A stretch of 63,371 nt of DNA, the filler included, from Chiloscyllium plagiosum (Eukaryota), in the NCBI RefSeq assembly GCF_004010195.1. It is 5 parts of one record of this genome, joined end to end, with 100 filler letters (N's around TTAATTAATTAA, not from the genome) between each part and the next. Parts side by side here need not be neighbours in the genome. Positions count along the whole stretch, not along the records: positions 18,895 to 47,944 come from NC_057714.1; positions 48,045 to 54,014 come from NC_057714.1; 3 more parts are not named here. One strand, 5' to 3'. Positions 38,585 to 51,904 of this stretch are shown piece after piece. The notes beneath the pieces were generated by a model. The model was not told the origin of the DNA. It made no database searches and worked only from the letters and a program-made list of their open reading frames with translations. Within the stretch, counting starts at the first letter, position 1, and every line of letters starts with the position of its first letter. The translations under genes and the position numbers were made by a program.

Positions 38585-39668
38585 CTGTTATGATTTCTGT
38601 GGCAGAGGATAATCATTTTGGGTTAAAAGTGATTTTAACTTAATTCATCAGAGAGCTGTATTATCCTCATTTTAAAAAACATAGGTTTTCAGATGAAACT
38701 TCAGGTGACTTTTTATGAACAGACATAAATTATGAATATAATCCCTTGATTGAATGCACTTATATATTCTTGGAGGAGTTGTACTTCCATAAAAATACTG
38801 CTCATCCTAATCACAGGTGGAATGAAGGAGGACATGGACTCTGCTGAATAATAGAGTCATAGAAATGTACAGCATGGAAACAGACCCTTCGGTCCAACCC
38901 TGTTCAGTTGCTGTCGTGCATCCTGCAGGTCCTCCAGCAAGGCAATGAGGGAACAGAGGTTCACAATAGGGGCAGCAATCATGTAAGGTTGATGACATTG
39001 GCTTTTATGGCACACTGTTGTAGCTGTATCCAACTAAGCAAGTGGTAAACATTTCATTATGCTCCTGATTTGAGTCTTGTAGATGGTAAGGAAGCCAATT
39101 GTCACAGAGTATGTAGCTGCTCTTGTTACTAGCTATTGATATGATGCACCTATTCAGCATTAGGTTAATATTAGCCTCAAATAATTGGTCCTAGAAACAT
39201 CTAATTTCTACAAGAAACTCTGGGGAATAGTAGACTACTCTTTAAATTAATATTTCCCATGTATTGTTTCATGTACAGTTACACACTTATTCAAATGTGT
39301 ATAAGAGATAACCAAATGAAAACATATTGTATGAAAATTTCTGTAAAATATATTTGTGGTATGGCACTATCACATTGGGATGTTTGAAACATTTTTCCAC
39401 AGAAATCAAATGGGAAAGTTGCAGATAAAATTTGTTTGCATGGAGTCCATAAACATGTTTCGTTTTTAAAGATATGTTGGTGCATTGGTGACATTTAAGA
39501 GGCTGCTGGATGGTTACATAAATAGGGAGAGAATAGAGGAATAAGGGTAGAAGGTTTGCTTTTCAGTTTAGTTAGGGTATGATGATTAGCACAGACTTGG
39601 AGGGTCGAAGGGTCTGTTCTTGTGCTGTACTTCTCTTTTGTTCTTTTTGGATAATAAGTTGTTAAACT

Positions 39669-40051
39669 AGCGGGTTTTGAGAAGATTTGTAGCTCAGATT
39701 GAGGTTTTGGACTTAGGTTTGCTCGCTGAGCTGAAAGATTCATTTCCAGACATTTCATTACCTTACTAGGTAACATCTTCAGTGCTTTCTACTTATATGT
39801 TTGGGTCTCTTTGGGTTGGTGATGTCATTTCCGGTGGTGATGTTATTTCCTGTGGTGAAGTCACTTCCTGTTCCTTTTCTCAGTGGGGTGGTAGATGACA
39901 TCACCAACCCAAAGTAAACCAAACATATAAATAGAAAGCAGGAATTTTCAGCATTGCTTCGTATGAGGTCCACTGAAGATATTACCTAGTAAGGTAACGA
40001 AACATCTGGAAATGAACCTTTCAGCTCAGCGAGCAAACCTACGTCCAAAAT
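39669..40051. mobile_element. Penelope-derived hairpin, third family, with hammerhead motifs
   Basis: TSD gttgttaaact (39658-39668, 40052-40062); ~80-bp inverted arms ~39705-39785 and 39970-40050. Confidence 0.82.
39969..40010 (+). ncRNA. Type I hammerhead ribozyme motif
   Basis: Stem I tcca/tgga flanking CTGAAGA - stem II (TTACC tagtaa GGTAA) - GAAAC - ATC. Confidence 0.7.
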
Positions 40052-41219
40052 GTTGTTAAACTTTTTGGTTCACTCACTTAATCTTATATCTGTCTTATTA
40101 GTGATTTTGCCTCGATTATTAGGCATGACCTAGTCTGAATAAGGCCATGCTGTCACTCTGTGGCCAACTCCTATTCATTTAAGTTCTTGCTGTAATCCAA
40201 GTAAATTCTAATGACTTTTTCACAACTGTCAGGCTTGTTCTTACCATGGGTGAATTTTACACTTTTCAAGATGGGGAGAAGATGGTTGGAGCAGGAGTAT
40301 GAACCAGAAGTGTATCTTTCAACGAATCCCATACTTACCTCTTAAAGACACTAACCAAAATGTCTTGCATTTAAATTAATGGCCGGCCAACAAGAAACTA
40401 GTCAACTAGGTAAGTGAATGTTGGCAAGTGCACCTAATTAGGATATCCGGACAGGTCATCCAGGGAGAGAGGGAACGGGCTGTGAAATGGAAGTCAATCA
40501 TAGCTGCCCATCTAAACACATTGGGCAAGGACTGGTGGTAGCAACACAGAAATGAATCATCTTGACCCAAATTTTGGACAAAGAATCTTGCAATGAACCA
40601 CTGGAGTAGCAGCAATTAAGAGCTTGGTTTTAAATTTAGGTGACCATTCAGGGCATTTGCCAGGGAGGAAAGAACATCTGTCCCATTGCCCTTCTGAATA
40701 ACAAGTATTTTGAAAAAGGTCAAATTCTCCTCTTTAACTCATTATGTCTTTCCACAGAGACCGTAAGGCCACTATATAGCAATCAAACTGTTGAAGGGTC
40801 CAGAACAAGGACAACCACACAGTTTGCTCATGATTCCCCATCAGAGCTCCTTCAGGCTGTCAGTGATTGGTGAATGATCCTAATGCCTGCTGACAGCAAA
40901 GCAGCCTAGACAGAGGGCAAAGACACAGTGAGTAGCTATGATATTGTCGACAGGACATGGCTACAATCCTGTAAAAGGATTCCACGACTTCTTACAATTT
41001 GCCGGGCTGTACGTACAACCATTTTGCAGATGGATCTACATGGAAGAGTGTTATGTGTGTCAGATGTGACATCATCATGTTGCTTTCCCAGTGCCCAAAG
41101 CAGCAACCCATTAGTTAGCAAGGATCTTGAAACATAATAACTGACAACAAAAGATATGTTAGCCACACAACTGAAAGCATAATTTTTCCACAGTACATTC
41201 ATTAAAATGTCTGTTTTAA

Positions 41220-42130
41220 CTTACAGAACAAAAGAACACCTTAAAGATAACTAGGACAGGAGATGGTCAACCCAACTTGGCAACTTTCAGCCCTCTAGAA
41301 GGGTAACTGCTGGAATTAGTAGCAGATCAGAGGAATCACATCACAGGAGGGTGAGGTTGTAGGATAGACCTGGGATGGTCAGAGTCAAGGCTGCATTGCT
41401 CTCTCCTTCAAAGATATTGCTGAACTGGGTAGACAGAGGAAATTAGGGAAGATAGCAGGGATGTAGATTTGATGGGTTTGGTCCATCTATAAAAAAAGAG
41501 GTGTTAGTGTGTGTCTTCACAAAATGAGTCTGTCTGAAGTCATCTTAAAATGATGATGGTGCCTTTCATTCTCCTTGTATGTTTCATCCGCAGATAAAAC
41601 AGTACAGGCTGCATCATTAGCCCCAAGGGATTAATGTTAACCTCCAAGGAGAAGGAAATCTCAGAGGATGCAGTATCACATCCTTGCTCCAAACCTACCA
41701 CCAGCGCAGATACATGCACCTTGGTGAGTGTGTGCGAATCCAGTTGTTGGGGATTACACACTGTTGTAAGCACATTACAGTCACAGGACCAGTGTTGGAA
41801 ACTAAGATAATGCAGGCCTCTCAGACTTGAAGAAATATTAGAAGTGACCTTTATGCTGAAGGCCAGGTGAAGAGTCTCCAAAGTCATCCACCAAATGGCA
41901 GATGCTGGACGTACAGTGCAAGGTGCATGGAGATGTGACAGAGACTCTATAGCAGTGTGCATAGTATCACGGACAGTGGAAGAATCCATGCAGTCCATTA
42001 GCAGTGCAATCAATCACCATACAAAATATACTGCATCCTCCAGTGAGATCTGGTGACTGACATTGGACAGCTCACTGGTGGTATACAGCATACGCTTTCT
42101 GTCTCTGATGTCTAGTGTCCAAAACCAGAG
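41220..42130 (+). mobile_element. Probable decayed Harbinger ORF2 (Myb/SANT-like) remnant
   Basis: From 41253 reads RTGDGQPNLATFSPLEG*LLEL, resembling the RTGGG.P...LTPLEE motif of Harbinger ORF2/NAIF1-like proteins; boundaries uncertain. Confidence 0.4.
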
Positions 42131-42229
42131 CAAGAGGTGTACAAAGAATCAGGCATCACATCCAGATGCTTGCTGCTTTCAATAAAGCAGAGAGGGCCAA
42201 ATGATCAGTCCCACTGATCTTCAGTAGTT

Positions 42230-43870
42230 TCCAGGCCCTACCTTTCAGAGTGTAATCCCTTACCTTGTTAGCCTTGTCCAATTGCATTACGTCACACTTT
42301 TCCAAGCCGAACTCCATTTTTCATTGCTCTGCCCATCTAACCTATCCATTAATATCCTCCTGCAGTTTACAGCTCTCCCCCAAGATCTCCTCCCTTGCCT
42401 GCCGCAATGATTGGGATGCATCTTATCCAGGCCAGCAGATTTATCAACTTTCAGACTGATAATCATGCCAGTATTTCCTCTTTCTCTAACATTTCACAGT
42501 CCTCTACCCTGATGTCTATTGCTGCATCATCCGTTATAAAAGTGAAGACTAATCAATATTCATTCTAAACTGCATACAGTGATCAGCATAGCAATGCCAT
42601 TCACAGTATTGCCTTACAGTTCAGGAACTCACTGCCAAACACAGATTTTGAAGGTTCGTGCTGGAGAGAAAAACATTAGCGAGAATGTTAAGACTGAGGC
42701 AAAGCATTCATTCAGGACCATGCCCATGTCTTCTAGTTTCACACACAGATAATTGCAATGGGTCCCCAACAGGTCCTACTATTTCCTAAGTTACTCTGTT
42801 GCTCTTTACATATTTAAAAAAAAAACTGCTGAGGCTTTCCTTTATTCCACCTGCCAATGCTTACTCATTGCTTTCTCCTCGCTTTCCTAATTTTATGTCT
42901 CGGCTGCCCCCCTGCACTTCTTCTACTCCACTAGGGATTCTGTTATATTGAGCATTTGGTATCTACCATAAACCTTGCTCTTTTTCTTAATCTTCATCTT
43001 TATGTTGCTTGACATCAAGGGTTCTCTGTGCTTGGTTTCATCCTTTGTCTTTATGGGAACATACTTAACCAGTACTCTTGCTGTTTCCTCCTCGAATGTC
43101 TCTCACTGTTCTGACATAGTTTTATCAACAAGTTGCTGCTCCCAGAAGAATTGGGCTAAATCATCTTTGATCTTGGCAAAATTCATCTTTCCCCAGTTTT
43201 GAATTTTTATTCCCAGCTTATCCTTATTGTTCTCCATAATTATCCTAAATGTAGTTGAGTTATAGTCACTATCTCCAATTTTACCCGACTGATACACCTT
43301 CCATCTACCTGAGCTCATTTGTGAATTTCTGCCCCTCCCTATTAGGATTTCGACATTAAGGTGAGAAAAGTTCTTCTGGATAGAATTTAAGTATTTTGTT
43401 CCTTCCATGCCTTGCACATTAGAACTACTCCAGTCAATATATAGGCAGTTAAAATCTCCTACTATTAGTGCATTATTATTCTTACACTACTCTGAAATTT
43501 GAATACATATTTCATCTTCTATCTCTCCCTGAATATTTGGAAACTCATAGAACACACCCAACTGCATGTCTGCTCCTTCATTTTTTTTCCCTAAGCATTT
43601 GGCTTCATTTATTGATCCTTCCAGGATATTATCCCACCTGACAGCTACAATTGATTCTTTGATCAATATTGTGACCACACTCTCCCTTTATATTTCCCTC
43701 TCCATCTTGTCTGAATATCCTATAACCAGGAATGTTGCACAGCCAATACTTTCCATCTTTCACCCAAGTCTGTCACAGCTATGATACCATGATCCCACAT
43801 GTCTACGTCTTCAGCTCATCTATCTTCTTCCTCAACGTCCTTCCATTAAAATATATTCCATTTAGCCTTG
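42230..43870 (-). mobile_element. Old CR1 ORF2 (endonuclease and linker), internally deleted
   Basis: APE-region motifs (LGVFYEFPN, GDSDYN, NWGKMNF) in ORFs 43487-43678 and 43103-43417. Confidence 0.75.
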
Positions 43871-44295
43871 CTCAACTTACTTCTTACTGATCTGCTTACA
43901 TTTTCTCTGACTTCCAGCTTAGCCAGTCTGGAGCACAATCCTTTGTTGTATTCATGGTATTTTACCTAAAACGTCAACAGTAGTTGTTTGACTGTAGAAG
44001 TGGAACTTTTTCTCTCGAAGGGTAAATAATTGCCCAGCAATTGTATTGTACATTTCATTGTATACTTCTAAATATTATTATCTGTTTACAGTTCAGTCTA
44101 GTTCACAACACTCAGAACTCAGAATATTTATTACATCATACCTCCAAATCTACATTTTTATTCTCACCTCAACAGGCTCCTTGCATTGAAATATATACCA
44201 TTAATCTCCTTTTTTCGTCTGTTCTCTAGCCTTTTTTTGTTTCAACCTCCCACATTTACCTACTAATTTTCTGTCTTCCAGCTTCTCTTCCTGTC

Positions 44296-44839
44296 CAGGT
44301 GTATCCCGCTATCCAAAAGTAGAATGTTCCTATGACGCCATTCGCAAGCCGAAATGGCATAAAGTGAAGAAGCAATTGCCATTCATTTATATGGGAAAAA
44401 TGTTTGAGCGTTCCCAGACCCAAAAAAACCTACCAAATCATACCAAATAACACATAAAGATAAACTAACACTAACATACAGTAAAAGGCCGTCAGAGGTT
44501 GGGGTGGTGGGAGGTACAGGAGACTGGGGTGTAGGACAGAGAGGAAGAGGGTAATCTATTAACATCTCACGGTTGTCTGAAACATCTTGCTAACAGACGC
44601 ACAAAATACATTGAGATAGAGCACAGATGCTCACAGGCACAGTTCAAAGCTATGGCAGCTTGGTGCTGGGATACTGAGTGTAGTTCCTGGGGAAGGCGCT
44701 TGGCGGTGCCATTCTTGCTGTGCACGCTTTTTCGTAAAAGCGAAAATCCTCTTTCAATTAGCGAGAACAGGTACTAAAGTAGGTCTTTCATAAAAGCGAA
44801 TTGGTGTAAAGCGAACGTTCAAAAAGCGGGGGATACCTG
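44296..44839. mobile_element. Tc1/mariner (Tigger-like) non-autonomous DNA transposon
   Basis: TIRs CAGGTGTATCCCGCT and CAGGTATCCCCCGCT (12/15 match), TA on the right and TC on the left, subterminal aaagcgaa repeats. Confidence 0.65.
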
Positions 44840-45094
44840 TACCTGAATTTCTCTACAAGTTCTGACTGTGTTCTCCAGATGTTTCTGAGTTCTGAAGAGG
44901 GGTCACTAGGCCTGAAACAGACATCTACACAAAAATGTTGATAAATTGCACATGTATATCCTATGACATACAATGTGCAAATTATATTAAGATAATTTAT
45001 TTTAGAGACTTATTTTGAACCAGTGGCATGTTTATGTGTATATGCACATAAGTATGCCCACTCCAGTCCCACACTGCACCTCCACATCACATGA

Positions 45095-46295
45095 AAACAG
45101 GATAGGTCTCAGCCAATTACTGCCCAATTAGTCTCACTTTAAACTTCAGCAAAGTGATGGCAGGGATCATCAAGTATGCTGTCAAACAACTGTTGCACAA
45201 CAGTAACCTGCTCACTGACTACTCATTTTGAGTTCTGTTAGGGCCACTCAGCTTCTGACCTTATTGCAGCCTTGGTCTAAACATGGACAAGGAACAGATA
45301 TGAAAAGGTTAGCAGAGAATGACAGCTCTTAACATTAAGATAACAGTTGATCAATTGTGTCCTCTGGGACCCCTAGTAATGGTGAAGTCGATGGGAATTA
45401 GGAGGAAACCTCTACCAACAGTGAGATTCTTTGCTGATGTCTGCACAATGATCAATGCATCAGACACTGAAGCAGTCCATGCATGCAGCAAGATCTGGAC
45501 AGCATCAAGGTTTGGGCTGATGAATGGCATTACTTGTTCACATCAAACAGTTGCCAGGCAGTGACCACCACTGACAAGAGGGTATCTACGCATCACCTTT
45601 TTACATATGTATTATTGCTGAATCCACACTTTCAAAATCTCTGGAGTTACCATTACCCAAAAACTAAACTGGATCAGCCAAGTAAATATTCTGTCTATAA
45701 CAGCAAGTCAGAAGTTGGGAATGCAAACACAAGTAACTCACCTCCTCACTCCCCAAAGTCTGTCACCATTTACAAGGTACAAATCAGGAGTGTGATGGAA
45801 CACTCATCATTTGCCTGGATGAGTACAGCTCCAAAACCACTCAAGTAGCTTGACTCCTCTGGATACCAGTTGACAAAGCAAACCTCTTGATTGGCAGTAC
45901 ATCCATCATCTTAAGGTTTTACTCCCTCCGCCACCAAGACACAATAGAAGGAATATGTACCATCTACAAGATATGCTGAAATAATTCACCAAGGCTCTTT
46001 TGGTAGCTTCTACCAAACCCTTGCCCCCGATCATACAGAAAGGCAAGGTGAACAAATGCATGAGAATACCATCATCTGAAAATTCCTCTTCAAGCCACAC
46101 ACAATCCTGACTTATAACTATATCGCAATACCTTCACTGTCACTTTGTCAAAACCCTTCTTTATAGATATATTGGAATACCTACACAGCATTGGCTGCAG
46201 CAGTTCATGAGATGGTTTGCCACTGTCTTCTCTTGGGCTGAACAACAAATGCTGGCCTAACCAGTAACATGCATATCCTGTGAAATGACAAAAAA
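45095..46295 (+). mobile_element. Old CR1/L2-group LINE
   Basis: FFADVCT, YKVQIRSVMEHSSFAW; A-rich 3' end. Confidence 0.75.
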
Positions 46296-47065
46296 GTCCC
46301 TTTTTGTGCTTTTCTCCTTTAGATATTAGATATTCCACTGGGAGTGCTGAAGAAGAATGGTTATTCTCAGGAAATCAGGAGGTCCTTCAAAAAACATATT
46401 CAGAAGGCAGTGGAAGTGGATGCCACTGCCAGGATTCAAGCCTGGGGAATCTGGATATAATACACAGAAACATAGAAAATAGGAACAGGAGGAGTCATTC
46501 GGCTTTTCAAACCATTCAATAAAGTCATTATACACTCAGTACTCTGTTTCTACTTTTGCCTCATACTTATTCCTTTAGCCTCAAGAAATATTTCTAATAC
46601 CTCGGTGAAAACATTCAATGTTTTGGCCTCAAGTGCTTTCTGCAGAAAAGAATTTGACAGACCCATCACTCTCTGGGCTAAGAAGTTTCTCCTAATTGCA
46701 ATCCTAAACAGCCTACCAATATGATTAAACTGCGATCCCCTGGTTCTGGACTCCTAGGTCATTGGGAACATCCTTCTTGCATTTACCTTGTCTAGTCCTG
46801 TTAGAATTTTATAGGTTTCTGTGAGATACCCCCTTATTATTCAAAACTTCAGTGAATATAGTCCTAACTGACCTAGACTGTCTCCATGCATCAGTCCTGT
46901 CATCCAAGGAATCAGTCTAGTAAACCTTTGTTGCATTCACTACAATCTAATTGGTGATGGCAGTGGTGATGAAAGATGCATCACAATATGATTTCATACT
47001 CACAATTACTCAGGTACTCTGTCAATGCACAATTTAGAGGGCAGTATAGAACCAGCACCTATGTA

Positions 47066-47240
47066 CAGGGCAACTTTGATTATCCGAACGCCGACTATCC
47101 AAATTTTGGATTATCCGAACAAGATTTCAAGGTCCCGATGCTTGGGTAAACTGTTATCTGAACATTCGATTATCCAAACATTCGACTATCTGAACAAAGT
47201 ACTCCCCGTCCATGTCGTTCAGATAATCGAGGTTGTTCTG
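47066..47240. mobile_element. 175-bp Tigger-like MITE
   Basis: TA TSD on both sides; TIRs CAGGGCAACTTTGATTATCCGAAC and CAGAACAACCTCGATTATCTGAAC; internal (gattatccgaac)-like repeats. Confidence 0.85.
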
Positions 47241-47732
47241 TACACTGAGACACCAGGCATGAGCAGCCAGCAGCCAGAGCAGGTGGCAAGGATGGCACAG
47301 GTGTTAACTTGCAGGAAGGTGAAGGGCACTTTGAATTCTGGTGCAGAGGACTCAAGTAAGGATTTTGATGTCAGTAGCCAACAAAAAAATGCTGATCTGT
47401 ACGCAGAATTAAATATTTTGTCTTTTTGGGAAGCTTGACAGAATGTCAAGCGGCAAGGCAGAGTCCAGCAGCACTTGATACACAGCATAGAAGTGGCACC
47501 TAACCTCACCAGTCCAACTATAACAGATCATCTGATAGCTGATGTCTCAGCTTCCATCGCAGCACAAGCATTTCCAACAGATGTCCCAAGTGTTGCAGTG
47601 AAGCTTTGACTAAAGGCAACATTAGGGCTGCCATCATGACCAAAGTACAAATGTCCTATGTCATGAACTCTCCAGCGGTTTTCTCAAACTGTTACTTACA
47701 GTTACGTTTCTTCTTGAATGGATGCATTTCGA

Positions 47733-48415
47733 CCATAAGACCGTAAGTAAGGCCATTCGGCCCATCGAGTCCACTCCGCCATTCAATCATGGCTGATGGG
47801 CATTTCAACTCCACTTACCCGCATTCTCCCCGTAGCCCTTAATTCCTTGTGACATCAAGAATTTATCAATCTCTGCCTTGAAGACATTTAGCGTCCCAGC
47901 CTCCACTGCACTCTGCGGCAATGAATTCCACAGGCCCACCACTCNNNNNNNNNNNNNNNNNNNNNNNNNNNNNNNNNNNNNNNNNNNNTTAATTAATTAA
48001 NNNNNNNNNNNNNNNNNNNNNNNNNNNNNNNNNNNNNNNNNNNNTCGTGCCTCGGGTTCTTCTCCTGCGCGCTTTTAAAGGGAAAGAAAACCTACCCGGT
48101 TGCCCCTCTGGTCTTCGTCACTTCCCCCTGCTGCTCCCGCTCTTTCTGTGAAGAGAAAAAAAACACCGCTGCCCGCTACCGGTAAGTAATTTTAAAACAA
48201 ACTGTCTTACCTTAGCTGCTGCTCGCACTCAAAGTGACCGTTGGCGTCGAAGGGTGAGTATTTATACTCACTGCTTTCCTTCCCGGCGGCCCCTCTCGTC
48301 TTCGTCACTTCCCCCTGCTGCTCCCGCTCTTTCTGTGAAGAGAAAAAAAACACCGCTGCCCGCTACCGGTAAGTAATTTTAAAACAAACTGTCTTACCTT
48401 AGCTGCTGCTCGCAC
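47733..48415 (-). mobile_element. Young CR1 3' end (47733-47944) and CpG-rich putative LINE 5' UTR with tandem monomers (48045-48415), flanking a gap
   Basis: cataagac tail; identical 118-bp direct repeats at 48111-48228 and 48298-48415. Confidence 0.6.
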
Positions 48416-51400
48416 ATCATTCCCACTGTCCTAGCAATCAATCCAATAAAGCCTCTTTGCATTTCTTCCATAGCTAGAACATCTTTCCTTAGATAAGGTG
48501 ACCAAATCGGCACACAGTACTCTGGGCATAGTCTTTTCAATGCCCTGTATGGTTACAACAAAATATTCTGGCTCCTGTACTTTAATGCTCTTACTTTAAA
48601 GGCCAACATACCATTTCCCTTCTTCACCACTTGAAGCACCTGCATGCTAACTTCCAATGACTGGTGTACAAGGATATCCAGATTTCATTGCACGTACCCT
48701 TTTCACAAACCATGCCATTGGATAATAATCTGCCTACTTGTTTTTGTTAACAAAATAGATAATCTCATTTTTATTCACATTATAAAATATCTGCCATGTA
48801 TTTGCCCACTTATTTACCTTGTCCAAAACACACCCCCTATCCTTACAGCATACCCTCCTACCCAGCTTTGTGTCATCTGCAAATTTGACGATATGATGAG
48901 TAGTTTCCTCATCTAAACCATTCATATGAATTTCTGGAGTCCAAGCACTGATCCCAGTGTGACCCGGTAGTCACTGCTTGTCACTCGCAAAAAAAACCCC
49001 ATCTTTTCCTACATTTTTTTTCCCTGTTTACCAATCAGTTATTATTTGACACAACTACCAATGCCATGCACTTCAATTTTGATGCGAATCTCTTGTATGG
49101 GACCTAATCAAAAGCCTTCTGAAAATCCAAGTACAGGTAAACCAAATCCACTTGTTCCCCCTTATCCACTCTAATAGTATGCTCAAACTCTACCAGCAGA
49201 TTTGTCTAGTGTGACTTCTTCTTGTAAATCTATGCTGACTCTGTCTGATCTTGTCACTATCTCTCAAGTTTCTGCTATTACATCTTTTAAAATGGACTCT
49301 AACATTTTTTCTATTACTGCTGTCAGGCTAACAGGTCTATAATTTGCTGTTTTCTCTCTGCATCCCTTCTTAGATCATGAGGTTACATTAGCTCCCCTTC
49401 AATCCATAGGAACTATTCCAGAGTCTACAGAATTTTTGAGGATGTCCACTGCTGTTTCCAGGGCCACTTCCTTAAGTACTCTAGGGTGAAGCTTACCAGG
49501 TTCTAATGATTCATGTGCTTTAAATCCCATTAGTTTCCCCAATGTAATTTCCCCACTAATATGATCTTTGTTCAATTCCTCCTTCCCATTAGGCCCTGTA
49601 TTGCCAATATTTTTTAGGATGCTATTTGTGTCTTCTGTTGTGGCATGTGGTTAATTGGCTTGCCATCTATTTGTTCCCATTATAGTTTTCCCTGTTTTTG
49701 ACTGTGAAGTATATATATATTTGTCTTGATTGATCTTTTTCTTTTCACATACCTATATAAGCTTTTACTATAGGTTTGCATGTTCTTTGCAAGCTTACTC
49801 TCATACTCTACTTTCCCCTCTTAGTCATTCTCTTTGTCTCTCTTTGCTGGAATCTAAACTGCTCCCAATCCTCAGCTCTGTTTTTTTTTGGCCAATTTGT
49901 ACATCTCTTCCTTGGATTTTATATTATCCCTAATTTCCCTTGTTATCCATAATCTGACCATGTTTCCCATTTTATTTTTATGCCAGAGTAAGATTAATAA
50001 CTTTTGTAGTTTATCCATGCACTCTTTAAATGTTTGGCATCGCCTATTTACTATCATTTCTTTCAGTAATGATCCCCAGTCAATCAGAACTTTCTTGCAC
50101 CTCATTTCATCACAATTTATTTTATTTAAATTCAGGACCCTAGTTTCAGAAACGACTATGTCACTCTCCTTTTTTAATTAAAAAGTCTATTCCACTGTGG
50201 TTTCTCTTTTCTGAGGGCCCACTTGCAACTAGATTGTTAATTATTCCTTTCTTGTTACATAATATTCAGTCAAGGATGGCCAATGAATTGCTTCGCAAAA
50301 CTGTCCTGTATACACTCCAGCAATTCCTCTTTGACTATATTGCTACAAACTTGATTTGCCCACTTTATATGCAGATTGAAGTCGTCCATAATTACAGCCA
50401 TATTTTCATTACTTTTGTCTCTAATTTCTTTTCAATGCCTTATCAAATATTACTAATACAGTGTTGGGGTCTCTATATAACTCCTACTATCATTTTCTGC
50501 CCCATGGAGATACTAAGCTCACCTCAAACACTTCTCCCGCTAATAACCCTCCTTACAATCACACTAATTTCCTTTTTGATCAGCAGCGCTCCCCTACCTC
50601 ATTTTCCTTTATATCTGTCCTATACTCACTGTTCTGTGCTTCATAGGGTCTGGCTCTGACTTTTCTCACCAGTAAGCATCCTGTGTAGATACATGAGACA
50701 TGTACTTGTCCCTGTTCCCAAAACAACCTGGCAGAAGCATGTACTCCATACGTGTCTATCAGCTCCAAAGGAAAGTGTTGATCTGGTGGCTGAATTGGTC
50801 AGAGACAGGCATGATGATGGTTCAAACCCATTCTCTCATGGGTAACTAAGCACCAGCAGGAAAGCTAGTCATACCCTGGGAAGCCCTGACAATGACAAGT
50901 AAACCCTTCATTTTGAAACCATGGATAAAATGAGGAGAGTCAGTTCAAACAACTCCTTGAAACTGTTAAAAGTTAAGACTTCACAATATCAACTTCTCAC
51001 ATGAGGTGACTTTTCATTTTTATGTACTCTCTAAGAGGCCTGTCCCATTCAGAAACCCCATCATATTTATAACCCTATAATATCTTCCCAGTATTGGATT
51101 CTGGGGTGGTTTGTTACATTTCACTAATACACTCTCCTTCAGTGAAACATAGATATTGAAACGTACAATATAGGAATAAAAGTTGGTCTGTTGGCCCTTC
51201 AGGCCTGTCTGACATTCAACGTGATCATACCTGACCATCCAACTCAACACCCGGTTCCTGCTTTCTCTCTACTCTCTTCGATCCTTTTAGCCTTGATAAC
51301 TATTTCTCACTCCTTCTTGAAAATATTCAATGTTTCGCCTTCATCTACCTTCGATGGCAATGAATTCTATATGCTTCCCACTCTCTGGGTGAAGAAAGTT

Positions 51401-51900
51401 TTTTCTCATCTCAATTCTAAATGGCCTGCCCCATCTCCCTAAAATGGGACCTCTGGTTCTGGACTCCCATGTAATTGGGAACATCTTTCCTATATTTACC
51501 TTGTCTAGTCCTTTTAAAATTATACAGATTTGTGTGAGATATTTTAGTGATTCTGCTAAACTGCAGTGAGTATAATCCTATGGGCGGCACTGCTGCCTCA
51601 CAGCACCACGGTCTCAGGTTTGATTCCAGCCTCGGATGACTGCCTGTGTGGAGTTTGCACATTCTCCCCGTGTCTGCGTGGGTTTCCTCCAGGTGCTCTG
51701 GTTTCCTCCCACAGTCCAAAGATGAGCAGTTCAGGTGAATTGGCCATGTTAAATTGCCCATAGTGTTAGGTGCATTAGTTAGAGGGAAATGGGTCTGGGT
51801 GAGTTACTCTTCAGAGGGTCGGTGTGGAGTTGTTGGGTCGAAGGGCCTGTTTCCACACTGCAGGGAATCTAATCTAGTCCTAACTGACCTAGTCTCTCTT
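48416..51900 (-). mobile_element. Old CR1 fragments (48416-50620, 51155-51900)
   Basis: KFADDTKLG in ORF 48734-48925 and further decayed ORF2 sequence. Confidence 0.75.
51582..51876 (+). mobile_element. HE1-type V-SINE nested in CR1
   Basis: V-core present, head partly deleted; TSD-like ta(a/g)tccta. Confidence 0.88.
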
Positions 51901-51904
51901 TCCT

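Noticed and set aside
46280..46338. SKGEKHKKGLFCHF, resembling the upstream COBL exon (EKKKFLGFF)
   Set aside because: Overlaps the A-rich tail of a LINE and has no credible splice donor.
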